64,000 nt of DNA, from contig JBPOFY010000007.1 in the NCBI GenBank assembly GCA_051252375.1, forward strand, positions 64,001 through 128,000. Reading direction: 5' to 3'. This document shows, in pieces, positions 1-9,132 of this stretch. Position 1 is the stretch's first letter. Every line of letters begins with the position of its first letter. This stretch comes from Opitutaceae bacterium (GTDB taxonomy: Bacteria; Verrucomicrobiota; Verrucomicrobiia; Opitutales; Coraliomargaritaceae). Both the position numbers and the translations under genes were made by a program. Below the pieces are notes generated by a model. The model searched no databases. It was not told the origin of the DNA and worked only from the letters and a program-made list of their open reading frames with translations.

Positions 1-336
1 CTTAAAAATGACTACGGTAAAGATGTGATCTGCACCGGTCCGCGTTTTCTGAAAGCGACGTTGCCGGGCAATATGGTGAAGGTTTCTTTTGAACACATCG
101 ATGAAGGGCTCGAAACCTCTGACGGCGAAGCACCGAACTGGTTTGAGATTGCCGGTGAGGATAAAGTGTTTGTCACAGCTCAAGCTGAAATCGTCGGCGA
201 TCAGGTGCTGGTCTCAAGTTCTGAAGTTAAAACTCCTAAATACATTCGCATGGCATGGAACAATATCGCCGAGCAAAACCTGCGCGACAAAAATGGATGG
301 CCGGCATTTTCTTTTAATGCTGAAATAGACAAATGA
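1..336 (+). CDS. Sialate O-acetylesterase-family protein, C-terminal part (5' truncated by window edge)
   Basis: Frame open from base 1 (LKNDYGKDVICTGP...). C-terminal pattern GP..F...FEIAGEDKVF..AQAEI.G..V.VSS.EVK.PKYIRMAW......NLRDKNGWPAFSF is typical of this family. Confidence 0.75.
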   Translation, partial: LKNDYGKDVICTGPRFLKATLPGNMVKVSFEHIDEGLETSDGEAPNWFEIAGEDKVFVTAQAEIVGDQVLVSSSEVKTPKYIRMAWNNIAEQNLRDKNGWPAFSFNAEIDK

Positions 337-1895
337 TAGGTATGAAAATAAAACATCAAATAGGTGTCGCTGTCGTTGGTTTGTTAAGTGCCATTACGGC
401 TCCTGCTGAAACATGGACGATCGACTCACAAGCAGAGTGGGACGAAAGCCTCGCGAAGAAAAAAGGGGCGGAAGTTTCCGATGGTATGGTGAGTCCGACT
501 AAGAAGACCGCCGTGCTCTCAAGTGTGATTAAGCAGTTCGACGAAAAACGATCTGCAGAATCAATCACGATCGATCAGTCATCAGTGTGGCATAACTGGA
601 ATCCCATCGGGCAGATCGGACCGAACAACGTGAGTGATGCGCCAGTGTTTTTGCGCATGGGACCAGACAACTACTGGCTGTTCGGGCGTTACAAGCGTAG
701 CGAAGATTCACAGCCAGTTGCAGCTGCAGAGTTGGAGGGATTTGATATACCACTCATGAGCACGAAGAACCCACATCTCTTTGTCGCGCCCGGAGGATTG
801 AAAGGCGCGCCTGGAGGCTACTATGGCTGGCAAAGTCGGGATATGGCAAACTGGGTCTTCCATGGTGCCGTGACACCGCCCCAGGCCGGGCTCGTGACCA
901 CCGCTGAACTAGTGGATGGAAATGTTTATTTATATTATGATTTCCCAAATGATCAGGATCCGCATCTGGTGATTGACAGTGATCTGACGGATGGCGAGCC
1001 GGGCGAAGATATGGGGTTGGCTTTTTTAGATCCATCGCACGGTTCAGATTGTGCGGTGATCCGTGATCTGGATGGAAACTTCCATATGATACTCGAGGAC
1101 TGGAGTCCGCTCGATCCGTCCACCCATGCGTGGGATTCTCCGCTAGCCATGCATGCGGTGAGTAAAGATGGAAAAGGAAATTTCGAAATACTGCCCCCAG
1201 CGGTCGATGAACGCACGACTCCTACCGGCAAGTTTGCCGAGTATTTCCATCCACATTGGCACTCGAGCAGCCGTAAATCCGAGTTTCCGACCAAGCCTGT
1301 CCCTGAGGACATCCCGCAGCATAGGATGAAAAAAGGTGACATGCGATCATATGCAAAATACGAAATCCACGAACCAGAGCAGAATGCATATGGTGACTGG
1401 GCGTCCATCTCCATCGGTGGTCAGTATTATCTCTTTTGTGATTTTGATCCGGCCACTGCACATGGTGGAAAAAAATCCATGAGTGTCGCATGGTTTACCT
1501 CTTCCGATATCAATGAGCAGTTCACATTCTGTGGAAATGTCGGAGCAGGGCACCCTGATCCGGACATCATGTTTGCGGAGGGAGAATTCTATCTGGTCAC
1601 TCAGACGAAGCAGGATTTCGTGAGTCCCGGTCCATGGGTGAAGGGCGTCGAGGTTCGTGTTGGTGTAGATACGAATAAAGACGGCTCCGTTGACCAATGG
1701 ACCGACTGGCAGGAAGTGAATGAGACTTACGACGCCATCCCCGGTTTTGCAAAGCAAGTTGCCAAAACACCTGCGCAACTGGATCTCTCCAGTTTGCCGG
1801 AAGGCTATGGCTTTCAGTTTGAAGTGCGCCTGTCGGATCTCACCAAGAACGATTCCAAGCCCCAACTCGATAAAGTTACACTGACTTTTCAGTGA
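333..1895 (+). CDS. Secreted uncharacterised protein, putative beta-propeller glycoside hydrolase (alternative start 342)
   Basis: Signal peptide; acidic blade-like motifs (SDAPVF, QDPHLV, GSDCAVIRD, YGDWASI, HPDPDIMF) reminiscent of GH43/GH32/GH117-clan propellers; ATGA overlap with upstream gene. Confidence 0.5.
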   Translation: MIGMKIKHQIGVAVVGLLSAITAPAETWTIDSQAEWDESLAKKKGAEVSDGMVSPTKKTAVLSSVIKQFDEKRSAESITIDQSSVWHNWNPIGQIGPNNVSDAPVFLRMGPDNYWLFGRYKRSEDSQPVAAAELEGFDIPLMSTKNPHLFVAPGGLKGAPGGYYGWQSRDMANWVFHGAVTPPQAGLVTTAELVDGNVYLYYDFPNDQDPHLVIDSDLTDGEPGEDMGLAFLDPSHGSDCAVIRDLDGNFHMILEDWSPLDPSTHAWDSPLAMHAVSKDGKGNFEILPPAVDERTTPTGKFAEYFHPHWHSSSRKSEFPTKPVPEDIPQHRMKKGDMRSYAKYEIHEPEQNAYGDWASISIGGQYYLFCDFDPATAHGGKKSMSVAWFTSSDINEQFTFCGNVGAGHPDPDIMFAEGEFYLVTQTKQDFVSPGPWVKGVEVRVGVDTNKDGSVDQWTDWQEVNETYDAIPGFAKQVAKTPAQLDLSSLPEGYGFQFEVRLSDLTKNDSKPQLDKVTLTFQ

Positions 1896-1913
1896 GACGC
1901 TAAATAGACTATA

Positions 1914-3449
1914 ATGAAACTCTCATTCTTGACGATTCTAGCCACTGGCCTCGCAGCCCTTTCTTCCTTCGCTGCGGGAAGTCAGCCTAATATTGTTTTT
2001 CTGATGACGGATGATCAGCGCTGGGACAATTTCGGTTGTTACGGTAGGCCTGAGTTCAGGACCGAGAATATTGACCGTCTCGCGCAAGAGGGCGTCATTT
2101 TTGACAATGCCTATTACGCCGTAGCGATTTGCCTACCGAGTCGTGTGACCATGATGTCGGGTCGATATTTGTCGAATCACAAAGTAGGGTTCTCGCATCC
2201 GTATAACTACACGTTCTCTAAATCCGATTTCAACAATACCTATCCTGCAATGCTGAAAGCTGCGGGGTATCGAACCGGTTTTGTGGGCAAGTTCGGGTTT
2301 CCTGTGACGGATGAAGCCTATGAACGAAAGGGCTTGGTCTCTGGCTATAATTTACAAAAGGAACTTTCTCCATACTTTGATTTTTTTGCGGGAACGGGTG
2401 TGCACTTTCGTGGTGCATTCGCATCTTGGCCCAAAGATGAAAAACTGGATGCAATCTATAGCAAGGATAGGCCAGCAAACGAGCGCACTCCCAAAACCGG
2501 AGATGCCATGATTCACTTCCTGGAGACTCAACCAAAAGATCAGCCATTCTGCCTCTCGGTTAGTTTCTTCGCGGTTAAGAATGACAAAGCGAACGACATG
2601 TATCCTCCCGATGTCGCGGAGTTCAGCGATTATAATTTCAGCGTGCCTGAAAACTGGGTAGAAGGTCGAAATACAAAACTGCCCGAGGTGCTGGATAATT
2701 GGCGTGGGGTTTCTTTGCACAAGCAACGAACATCGACGCCAGCGCTCTACCAAAAATTGGTCCGACGATTTGCCACACAAGGATACAGTGTCGATCAGCA
2801 GGTCGGTCGACTGGTTCAACAGCTCGCAAGAATGGGTGTGCTCGATAACACGGTGATCATATACACCAGTGACAATGGGCGTTTCCATGGCTCGCACGGG
2901 CTTTATGACAAAGCGATCCTCTATGATGAGTCCGTGAAAGCTCCGTTCATCGTATTTGACGGGCGAGTGGCTCGAGAAGATCGAGGACGCCGTGAGGCTG
3001 CGCTGATGTCTTCAGTTGATGTCGCGCCGACCATCGTATCTTATGCAGGGCTCAGCATTCCAGATAGTATGCAGGGACGTGACCTCACTCCAGTGATTCA
3101 ACAAACTCAAGACCCTGACAAATGGCGTGACGCGGTTTACATTGAGAGCCTTTTCATCGGAAGCTTACACTCAAAAAAGGTGCCTGCAAATATCGCCGAA
3201 ATCAACGACAGCGTCATTGCGGATAATAAGTCGTATCGGTCACGAGGTGTGAGAACTGAACGCTATAAATATTTTAGCTACTACGAACACTCGCCTGTGA
3301 TTGAAGAGCTCTATGATATGAAGACGGACCCATACGAGCAGAACAATCTAGTCACGAACCCAGAATACTCCGAAGTCTTAAACAAACTCAGAAAAGAGAC
3401 TCAAGAACGTCATGCCGCGATCATTGCGCAAGACAGTCATCCTTTATAA
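1914..3449 (+). CDS. Sulfatase, family S1 (Cys-type), atypical active-site motifs
   Basis: Signal peptide, PNIVFLMTDDQR, CLPSR formylglycine motif, YTSDNG, ELYD..TDPYEQNNL. Confidence 0.92.
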   Translation: MKLSFLTILATGLAALSSFAAGSQPNIVFLMTDDQRWDNFGCYGRPEFRTENIDRLAQEGVIFDNAYYAVAICLPSRVTMMSGRYLSNHKVGFSHPYNYTFSKSDFNNTYPAMLKAAGYRTGFVGKFGFPVTDEAYERKGLVSGYNLQKELSPYFDFFAGTGVHFRGAFASWPKDEKLDAIYSKDRPANERTPKTGDAMIHFLETQPKDQPFCLSVSFFAVKNDKANDMYPPDVAEFSDYNFSVPENWVEGRNTKLPEVLDNWRGVSLHKQRTSTPALYQKLVRRFATQGYSVDQQVGRLVQQLARMGVLDNTVIIYTSDNGRFHGSHGLYDKAILYDESVKAPFIVFDGRVAREDRGRREAALMSSVDVAPTIVSYAGLSIPDSMQGRDLTPVIQQTQDPDKWRDAVYIESLFIGSLHSKKVPANIAEINDSVIADNKSYRSRGVRTERYKYFSYYEHSPVIEELYDMKTDPYEQNNLVTNPEYSEVLNKLRKETQERHAAIIAQDSHPL

Positions 3450-3451
3450 TT

Positions 3452-5113
3452 ATGAAAATCATCACAAAAATCACCTGTTCACTCAGCGTCTTTGCTGCGC
3501 TTTCGACTGCTGCGTTCGCGGCACAAGACTCCATTAGTATTGAGTCTTTGCTACAAGAGATGGTGGATCGCGATGCGGTGGCGCGTTTCCCTGAAACGGA
3601 TTTTCGACTCAAGCAACACAGCAGCTATAACCGAGCATCCAAGACTCCCGATGAGCCGAAGGGCTGGTTCACCAATCAAGACTATAATCCTAAGCGCGCG
3701 AATACTCATAACTTTATTCGAATCGAAGAGAACAATGGCCGAAAAGAGTGGGTATTGATGGATCATCAAGCACCGGGTGCGATTGTCCGGACATGGATGC
3801 CTTGGCTGCATCAGCTAAAACCAAATGCGAATATTACGATGCGTATCTATCTGGACGGTGCCGAGGAGCCAGCACTTGAGGGTAACATGCTAAGCCTTTT
3901 TGATGGCACTGGTTTGATCCCTTACCCATTGGCGCACCCATCGCTGCGTTCGGCGGTTAATTTCTTTCCGATCCCTTATGCACAGAGTTGCAAGGTGACG
4001 ACTGACAAAAAGCCGTTTTTCTATATCTTTACCTTTCGGGAGTATGACCAAGGGACGCCGATTGAAACCTTCACGATGGAGGGGTTTGAGTCTGCCAAAG
4101 ACTTGACCGAGGAAACGGGCAACTTGTTGTTAAATCCAACGGCTCCAGGGGCCGAGGATCCTCAGAGTTTCAGTGCTCGACTAAGTGATCAGGAGGAGGA
4201 GTCGCTTCAACTGCCCGCTGGGACTGCTGCCATTCGCGAGCTTTCGGTTAAGCTCGGTGACTATTCGAACCCGAATATCACCCGTCAGGTAGTGCTCAAG
4301 ATTGAGTTTGATGGTCAAGAGACGGTGTGGTGCCCAATCGGTGATTTCTTCGGATCGGGTATTGGTTTGAACCCTGTCGAAGGTTGGTATCGCACGGTGT
4401 CTGAAGACGGCACGATGAGTTGCCGCTGGGTCATGCCTTATCAAAAGGGCGGGAAAGTTTCGCTGCAGAATCTCAGTGGTGCACCTATAGATGCTGCACT
4501 CCAAGTCAAAACCGGTGACTGGAGTTGGGACGACCGCTCCATGTATTTTCATGCCGCATGGAGAGGGCAATACCCAGTGCCGACCCGTCCTTTCTCGGAT
4601 TGGAACTATGTCACTCTTAAGGGCAAAGGCGTTTATGTCGGCGATACCTTGACCGTCATGAACCCAGTCGAACAATGGTGGGGTGAAGGAGACGAGAAGA
4701 TCTGGGTGGATGGAGAGGATTTTCCTTCGCTTTTCGGAACCGGCACCGAAGATTACTACGGTTATTCTTGGGGTGGTCGCAGCACGGACTTTTATCAACA
4801 TCCCTTCCACGCTCAGCCATTTGCCAATCAATATAATAAGCTAAACCGCAAACCAGATTCCGATGAATCCCGCAATACCTTGGGGTTCAGTGTCGAAACA
4901 CGTAGCCGTGCCTTGGATACGATGCCCTTCGGCAGCTCACTACAATTGGATATGGAAGTGTGGTCAGGAACGGATTGCGATATGGGCTATCAGGTCGGTG
5001 TCTATTGGTATGGCTTTGCAGATACCACCTCCAACCGCAAACCAGAACCCGTAGAGGTGCATAACGTGCCGCCACTACCAGAAGGAATGCCAGGCGGTGC
5101 CGCAGCCGAGTAG
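3452..5113 (+). CDS. DUF2961 / GH172-family glycoside hydrolase
   Basis: Signal peptide; G.YVG, WWGEGDEKIWVDGE.FPS.FGTGTEDYYG signature; PIGDFFGSG. Confidence 0.85.
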   Translation: MKIITKITCSLSVFAALSTAAFAAQDSISIESLLQEMVDRDAVARFPETDFRLKQHSSYNRASKTPDEPKGWFTNQDYNPKRANTHNFIRIEENNGRKEWVLMDHQAPGAIVRTWMPWLHQLKPNANITMRIYLDGAEEPALEGNMLSLFDGTGLIPYPLAHPSLRSAVNFFPIPYAQSCKVTTDKKPFFYIFTFREYDQGTPIETFTMEGFESAKDLTEETGNLLLNPTAPGAEDPQSFSARLSDQEEESLQLPAGTAAIRELSVKLGDYSNPNITRQVVLKIEFDGQETVWCPIGDFFGSGIGLNPVEGWYRTVSEDGTMSCRWVMPYQKGGKVSLQNLSGAPIDAALQVKTGDWSWDDRSMYFHAAWRGQYPVPTRPFSDWNYVTLKGKGVYVGDTLTVMNPVEQWWGEGDEKIWVDGEDFPSLFGTGTEDYYGYSWGGRSTDFYQHPFHAQPFANQYNKLNRKPDSDESRNTLGFSVETRSRALDTMPFGSSLQLDMEVWSGTDCDMGYQVGVYWYGFADTTSNRKPEPVEVHNVPPLPEGMPGGAAAE

Positions 5114-5151
5114 TTCACTCAAAATCAATTTATAATAGAAAAATCATACTC

Positions 5152-7533
5152 ATGAAAAAACATACCTCAAAAATCCTTTGCGTCCTATTCGGTGCAATGC
5201 TGTCCACTGCGCATGCCGTGGATATCTACGTCAGCCCTGATGGTTCAGATGCAAATAGCGGCCTGTCGGGCCATCCTTTGTCATCCCTAGCGGGAGCCCA
5301 ACAAAAAGCTCGCACGTTTGCGGGTAAAGAAGCCGTCACAGTGAATGTTGCTGACGGAGTCTATTACCTTCCCGAGACGCTGGCCTTCACATCTAAAGAC
5401 TCAGGCTCGGAAAGGTATCCAGTCGTTTATAAGTCATACAATGAGGGCGGCGCAGTGCTTAGCGGTGGCTCCGAGCTCAAGCTGTCTTGGCAGCCATACG
5501 AGAACGGCATCTATCAAGCACAAACTCCTGCAGGTTTAGTAATCGACCAAGTCTTTATCGATGGGCGCAAGCAGCGGATGGCACGTTATCCCAATTACGA
5601 TGCAGCAAAGAAAGCAGAGCCTTATCAGGGTTATGCTGCCGATGCTTTTTCAAAGAAACGGGCCGCAGGTTGGGCGGATCCGACTGGCGGCTACATCCAT
5701 GCGATGCATGTCAAGCAATGGGGCGGCTACCACTACCTCATTACCGGTAAGGATGCGAAAGACGAAGTGACCTATGAGGGCGGTTGGCAAAACAATCGCA
5801 AGATGGGGATGCATAAAGACTACCGCATGGTGGAAAACATCTTTGAAGAGTTGGATGCGGAGAATGAATGGTATCACAATTCGAAAACCAATACGCTCTA
5901 TTATAAGCCATCAGCTGGAACGGACATCAATTCGGCTAAGGTCGAAGTGGTGCGCCTGCGTCACTTGGTCGAGTTTCAAGGATCAGAGTCACAGCCTGTA
6001 AAACACATCACATTACAGGGATTCGTCGTTCGACATGCAGCGCGCACATTCATGGACGTGAAGGAGCAGCTTTTGCGCTCAGACTGGGCAATCTATCGTG
6101 GCGGAGCTTACTTACTCACTGGAACCGAGAATATTCAAATTCTGGATACGGAGTTCGACCAAGTCGGCGGCAATGCTGTTTTCGTAAATAATTATAATCG
6201 TAATGTTCTTGTCCGAGGCTGCCACATTCACGATGCAGGTGCCAGTGGGGTATGTTTTGTCGGTGATCCCAAAGCGGCACGCGATCCTTTGTTCGAGTAT
6301 CATGAAACCAACGATTTGACAAAAATCGACCGCACGGTCGGTCCTAAGACGAACAACTACCCGGCAGATTCAGCAGTGGAAGACTGCTTGATTCACGGTA
6401 TCGGACGAGTGGAACGGCAGCCTGCCGGCGTCCAGATTTCAATGGCGCAGGGGATTACCGTGCGTGACACGTCGATTTACGATACAGCACGTGCCGGTAT
6501 CAATATCAGCGAAGGCACTTGGGGCGGTCACTTGATCGAGCGTGTCGATGTATTCGATACCGTTCTGGAAACGCACGACCACGGTTCATTCAACTCCTGG
6601 GGGCGTGACCGCTTCTGGCACAAAGATCGTAAGTCTTCACAAAGAGAAATTGATAAGGATCCGAAGCTGCCGTTCGTAGATGCCATGAAGACCACCACCA
6701 TTCGCGATAGCCGCTGGCGCTGTGATCATGGTTGGGATATCGACCTCGACGATGGATCAACAAACTACGACATCTATAATAACTTGATGTTGAACAACGG
6801 CTTGAAGTTGCGCGAAGGTTTCCGTCGCCATGCTTGGAACAACATTACAGTGAATAACGGGCTGCACCCCCACGTGTGGTATCAGGGGAGCCAAGATCAG
6901 ATCTATTCTAATATCTTCATGGCGCCTCACAAACCAGCGGGTGCGATTAAGACCGGTGACGATGTGCGTGTTGACGAGAATCTTTATGCGGTCGATGAAG
7001 CAGCAGTCATGAAGATCTCGAACAGATTCGGCTGGGATGAGAACTCAGTGTTTGGGGACCCGATGTTCGTCGATCCTGCCAAAGGTGACTTCAGGTTAAA
7101 ACAAAACTCACCCGCGCTAAAGGTTGGGTTTAAGAATTTCCCAATGGATCAATTCGGCGTAAAAAAGCCTTCGCTCAAAGCGATTGCCCGCACGCCAGAA
7201 ATTCCTCAATTGAAGTTGTTTCAAGATACAGGAAATAAGGGAGCCGCTAAAAGTATGCAATGGTTAGGCGTCACCTTGACTGAGCTCTCGGGTGTGGAAT
7301 TCTCCGCCTATGGTGTCAGCCAAGCAGATGGAGGTGTCGCGCTTTCTGGTGTTGGGCCGCGAACACAAGCCGCGAAAGTCGGCTTACTAAACGAGGATCT
7401 GATCCAAGCGGTGAATGATCGTAAGACCGCGAATGTGAAACAATTCAACCGCACCATCTCTCGGGCGAAGGGCACAATTAAACTGAAAGTTGTCCGTAAC
7501 CAGCAAGCTATAGAGCTTGAGGTGAGCTTGTAG
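5152..7533 (+). CDS. Right-handed beta-helix glycoside hydrolase (GH141-like) with C-terminal PDZ domain
   Basis: DIYVSPDGSDANSG start, ARYPN, VENIFEELDAENEWY, HDHGSFNSWGRDR, WDIDLDDGS, DPMFVDPAKGDFRL; PDZ-like tail AAKVGLLNEDLIQAVN..LKVVRN. Confidence 0.78.
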   Translation: MKKHTSKILCVLFGAMLSTAHAVDIYVSPDGSDANSGLSGHPLSSLAGAQQKARTFAGKEAVTVNVADGVYYLPETLAFTSKDSGSERYPVVYKSYNEGGAVLSGGSELKLSWQPYENGIYQAQTPAGLVIDQVFIDGRKQRMARYPNYDAAKKAEPYQGYAADAFSKKRAAGWADPTGGYIHAMHVKQWGGYHYLITGKDAKDEVTYEGGWQNNRKMGMHKDYRMVENIFEELDAENEWYHNSKTNTLYYKPSAGTDINSAKVEVVRLRHLVEFQGSESQPVKHITLQGFVVRHAARTFMDVKEQLLRSDWAIYRGGAYLLTGTENIQILDTEFDQVGGNAVFVNNYNRNVLVRGCHIHDAGASGVCFVGDPKAARDPLFEYHETNDLTKIDRTVGPKTNNYPADSAVEDCLIHGIGRVERQPAGVQISMAQGITVRDTSIYDTARAGINISEGTWGGHLIERVDVFDTVLETHDHGSFNSWGRDRFWHKDRKSSQREIDKDPKLPFVDAMKTTTIRDSRWRCDHGWDIDLDDGSTNYDIYNNLMLNNGLKLREGFRRHAWNNITVNNGLHPHVWYQGSQDQIYSNIFMAPHKPAGAIKTGDDVRVDENLYAVDEAAVMKISNRFGWDENSVFGDPMFVDPAKGDFRLKQNSPALKVGFKNFPMDQFGVKKPSLKAIARTPEIPQLKLFQDTGNKGAAKSMQWLGVTLTELSGVEFSAYGVSQADGGVALSGVGPRTQAAKVGLLNEDLIQAVNDRKTANVKQFNRTISRAKGTIKLKVVRNQQAIELEVSL

Positions 7534-7556
7534 GAAATTCTTAAAATAATTAAACG

Positions 7557-9122
7557 ATGAAACAATCAATTATAACAATTCTTACGACTTGCCTCGCGGC
7601 TATTTCTTCCTTCGCCGAGATAAATAAGCCTAATATCATCTACATCCTCGCCGATGACATGGGGTATGGCGATGTGCAGATCCTCAATCCGGAGCGAGGT
7701 AAGATCGCCACTCCGCATATGGATCGAGTCGCGGAGCAAGGTATGATCTTTACTGATGCGCACACGACTTCTTCCGTATGCACTCCGACACGCTACGGCA
7801 TCATGACTGGCCGCTATAATTGGCGGACGCACCTACAGTGGCATGTGCTCGATGGCTACGGCTTGCCCCTGATTCCTACTAGCCGGACGACGGTGCCCAG
7901 CTTCCTCAGTGAAAACGGGTATACTACAGCGATGATTGGCAAGTGGCATCTAGGGCTGGATATCGCGACGACCGATGGGAAGAAGGCAAGACCTGCCGGC
8001 GGACTAAAACAGAAGTTGAAGAAGGGCGCTTTTCAGCCAGCAGAACTTTCCAATATTGATTGGAAGGCGGCGATTAATGGCGGTCCTGTCGACCTCGGAT
8101 TTGATTCCTGGTTTGGAATCACCGCGTCGCTGGATTTTCCTCCTTATGTTTGGATTCGTGATCGAAACTGGGTCGGCGAAGGCACGCATTCTAAAGCCTT
8201 TGCTCGCCCGGGACCTGCCAGTGAGGATTTTGAGGCGATAGATGTTTTGGATAAACTTGTCGCGGAATCCGTCCAATACATCTCCGAGTATAACAGCGAA
8301 AAACCCTTCTTTATCTATATGCCATTGCCATCGCCGCATACGCCCATTGTTCCTTCCAAAAAGTGGCAGGGTAAAAGTGGTATCGGCCGTTATGGTGACT
8401 TCATGATGCAGACCGACGACATCGTTGGTCAGGTCGTTAAGGCACTCGAAGAGAAGGGGATTTCAGAAAATACCCTGCTTATCGTGACCAGTGATAATGG
8501 TTGCTCCAAAGCAGCCAACTTCAAGCAATTGGAAGGCCATGGGCACTTTGCCAGCGCGCAATATCGTGGCTCCAAGGCGGACCTCTGGGAAGGCGGACAT
8601 CGTGTGCCGTTCCTCGTAAAATGGCCCGCAGTCATCAAAGCAGGTAGCGTATCCGACGTGCTCACCTGTCAGACAGATTTGCTCGCGACGTGCGCCGAAT
8701 TGGTCGGCAAACAACTACCTGCGAATGCCGGTGAAGACAGCGAAAGCATCTTGCCGCTCTTCACCGGAAAACCGACTGAGTTCTCGCGCAAGGGTATCAT
8801 CAATCACAGCGTGAGTGGGCATTTTGCATACCGTCAGGGCAAGTGGAAACTCCTGCTAGCAAAGGGGTCCGGCGGATGGACTGCACCGACAGAAAAGACC
8901 ATGGTCAACGTTGCAAGTGCACCAGAAGGTCAACTCTATGATTTGGAAGCGGATCCCGGTGAGCAGAACAATCTCTACCTAAAGAACCCAGAAGTTGTCG
9001 AAACCCTCATGGCTCAACTCAAGGAAGATATTGCCAATGGTCGCAGCACAGCAGGTCCCAAGCAGGAGAACGACATCCCAGTCGATCAGATCAAGCTGTG
9101 GAAGGGCAACGCTGCGAAGTAA
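7557..9122 (+). CDS. Sulfatase, family S1 (arylsulfatase-like)
   Basis: PNIIYILADDMGYGD, CTPTRY, GKWHLG, SPHTP, TSDNG, RGSKADLWEGGHRVP. Confidence 0.95.
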   Translation: MKQSIITILTTCLAAISSFAEINKPNIIYILADDMGYGDVQILNPERGKIATPHMDRVAEQGMIFTDAHTTSSVCTPTRYGIMTGRYNWRTHLQWHVLDGYGLPLIPTSRTTVPSFLSENGYTTAMIGKWHLGLDIATTDGKKARPAGGLKQKLKKGAFQPAELSNIDWKAAINGGPVDLGFDSWFGITASLDFPPYVWIRDRNWVGEGTHSKAFARPGPASEDFEAIDVLDKLVAESVQYISEYNSEKPFFIYMPLPSPHTPIVPSKKWQGKSGIGRYGDFMMQTDDIVGQVVKALEEKGISENTLLIVTSDNGCSKAANFKQLEGHGHFASAQYRGSKADLWEGGHRVPFLVKWPAVIKAGSVSDVLTCQTDLLATCAELVGKQLPANAGEDSESILPLFTGKPTEFSRKGIINHSVSGHFAYRQGKWKLLLAKGSGGWTAPTEKTMVNVASAPEGQLYDLEADPGEQNNLYLKNPEVVETLMAQLKEDIANGRSTAGPKQENDIPVDQIKLWKGNAAK

Positions 9123-9132
9123 GGGCACTCTT

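Noticed and set aside
8995..9132. N-terminal extensions in the ORF track (also 27859, 34629, 47046, 50264, 51060, 51728)
   Set aside because: Most overlap neighbouring genes or repeats; downstream ATGs give clean signal peptides or family-like starts.
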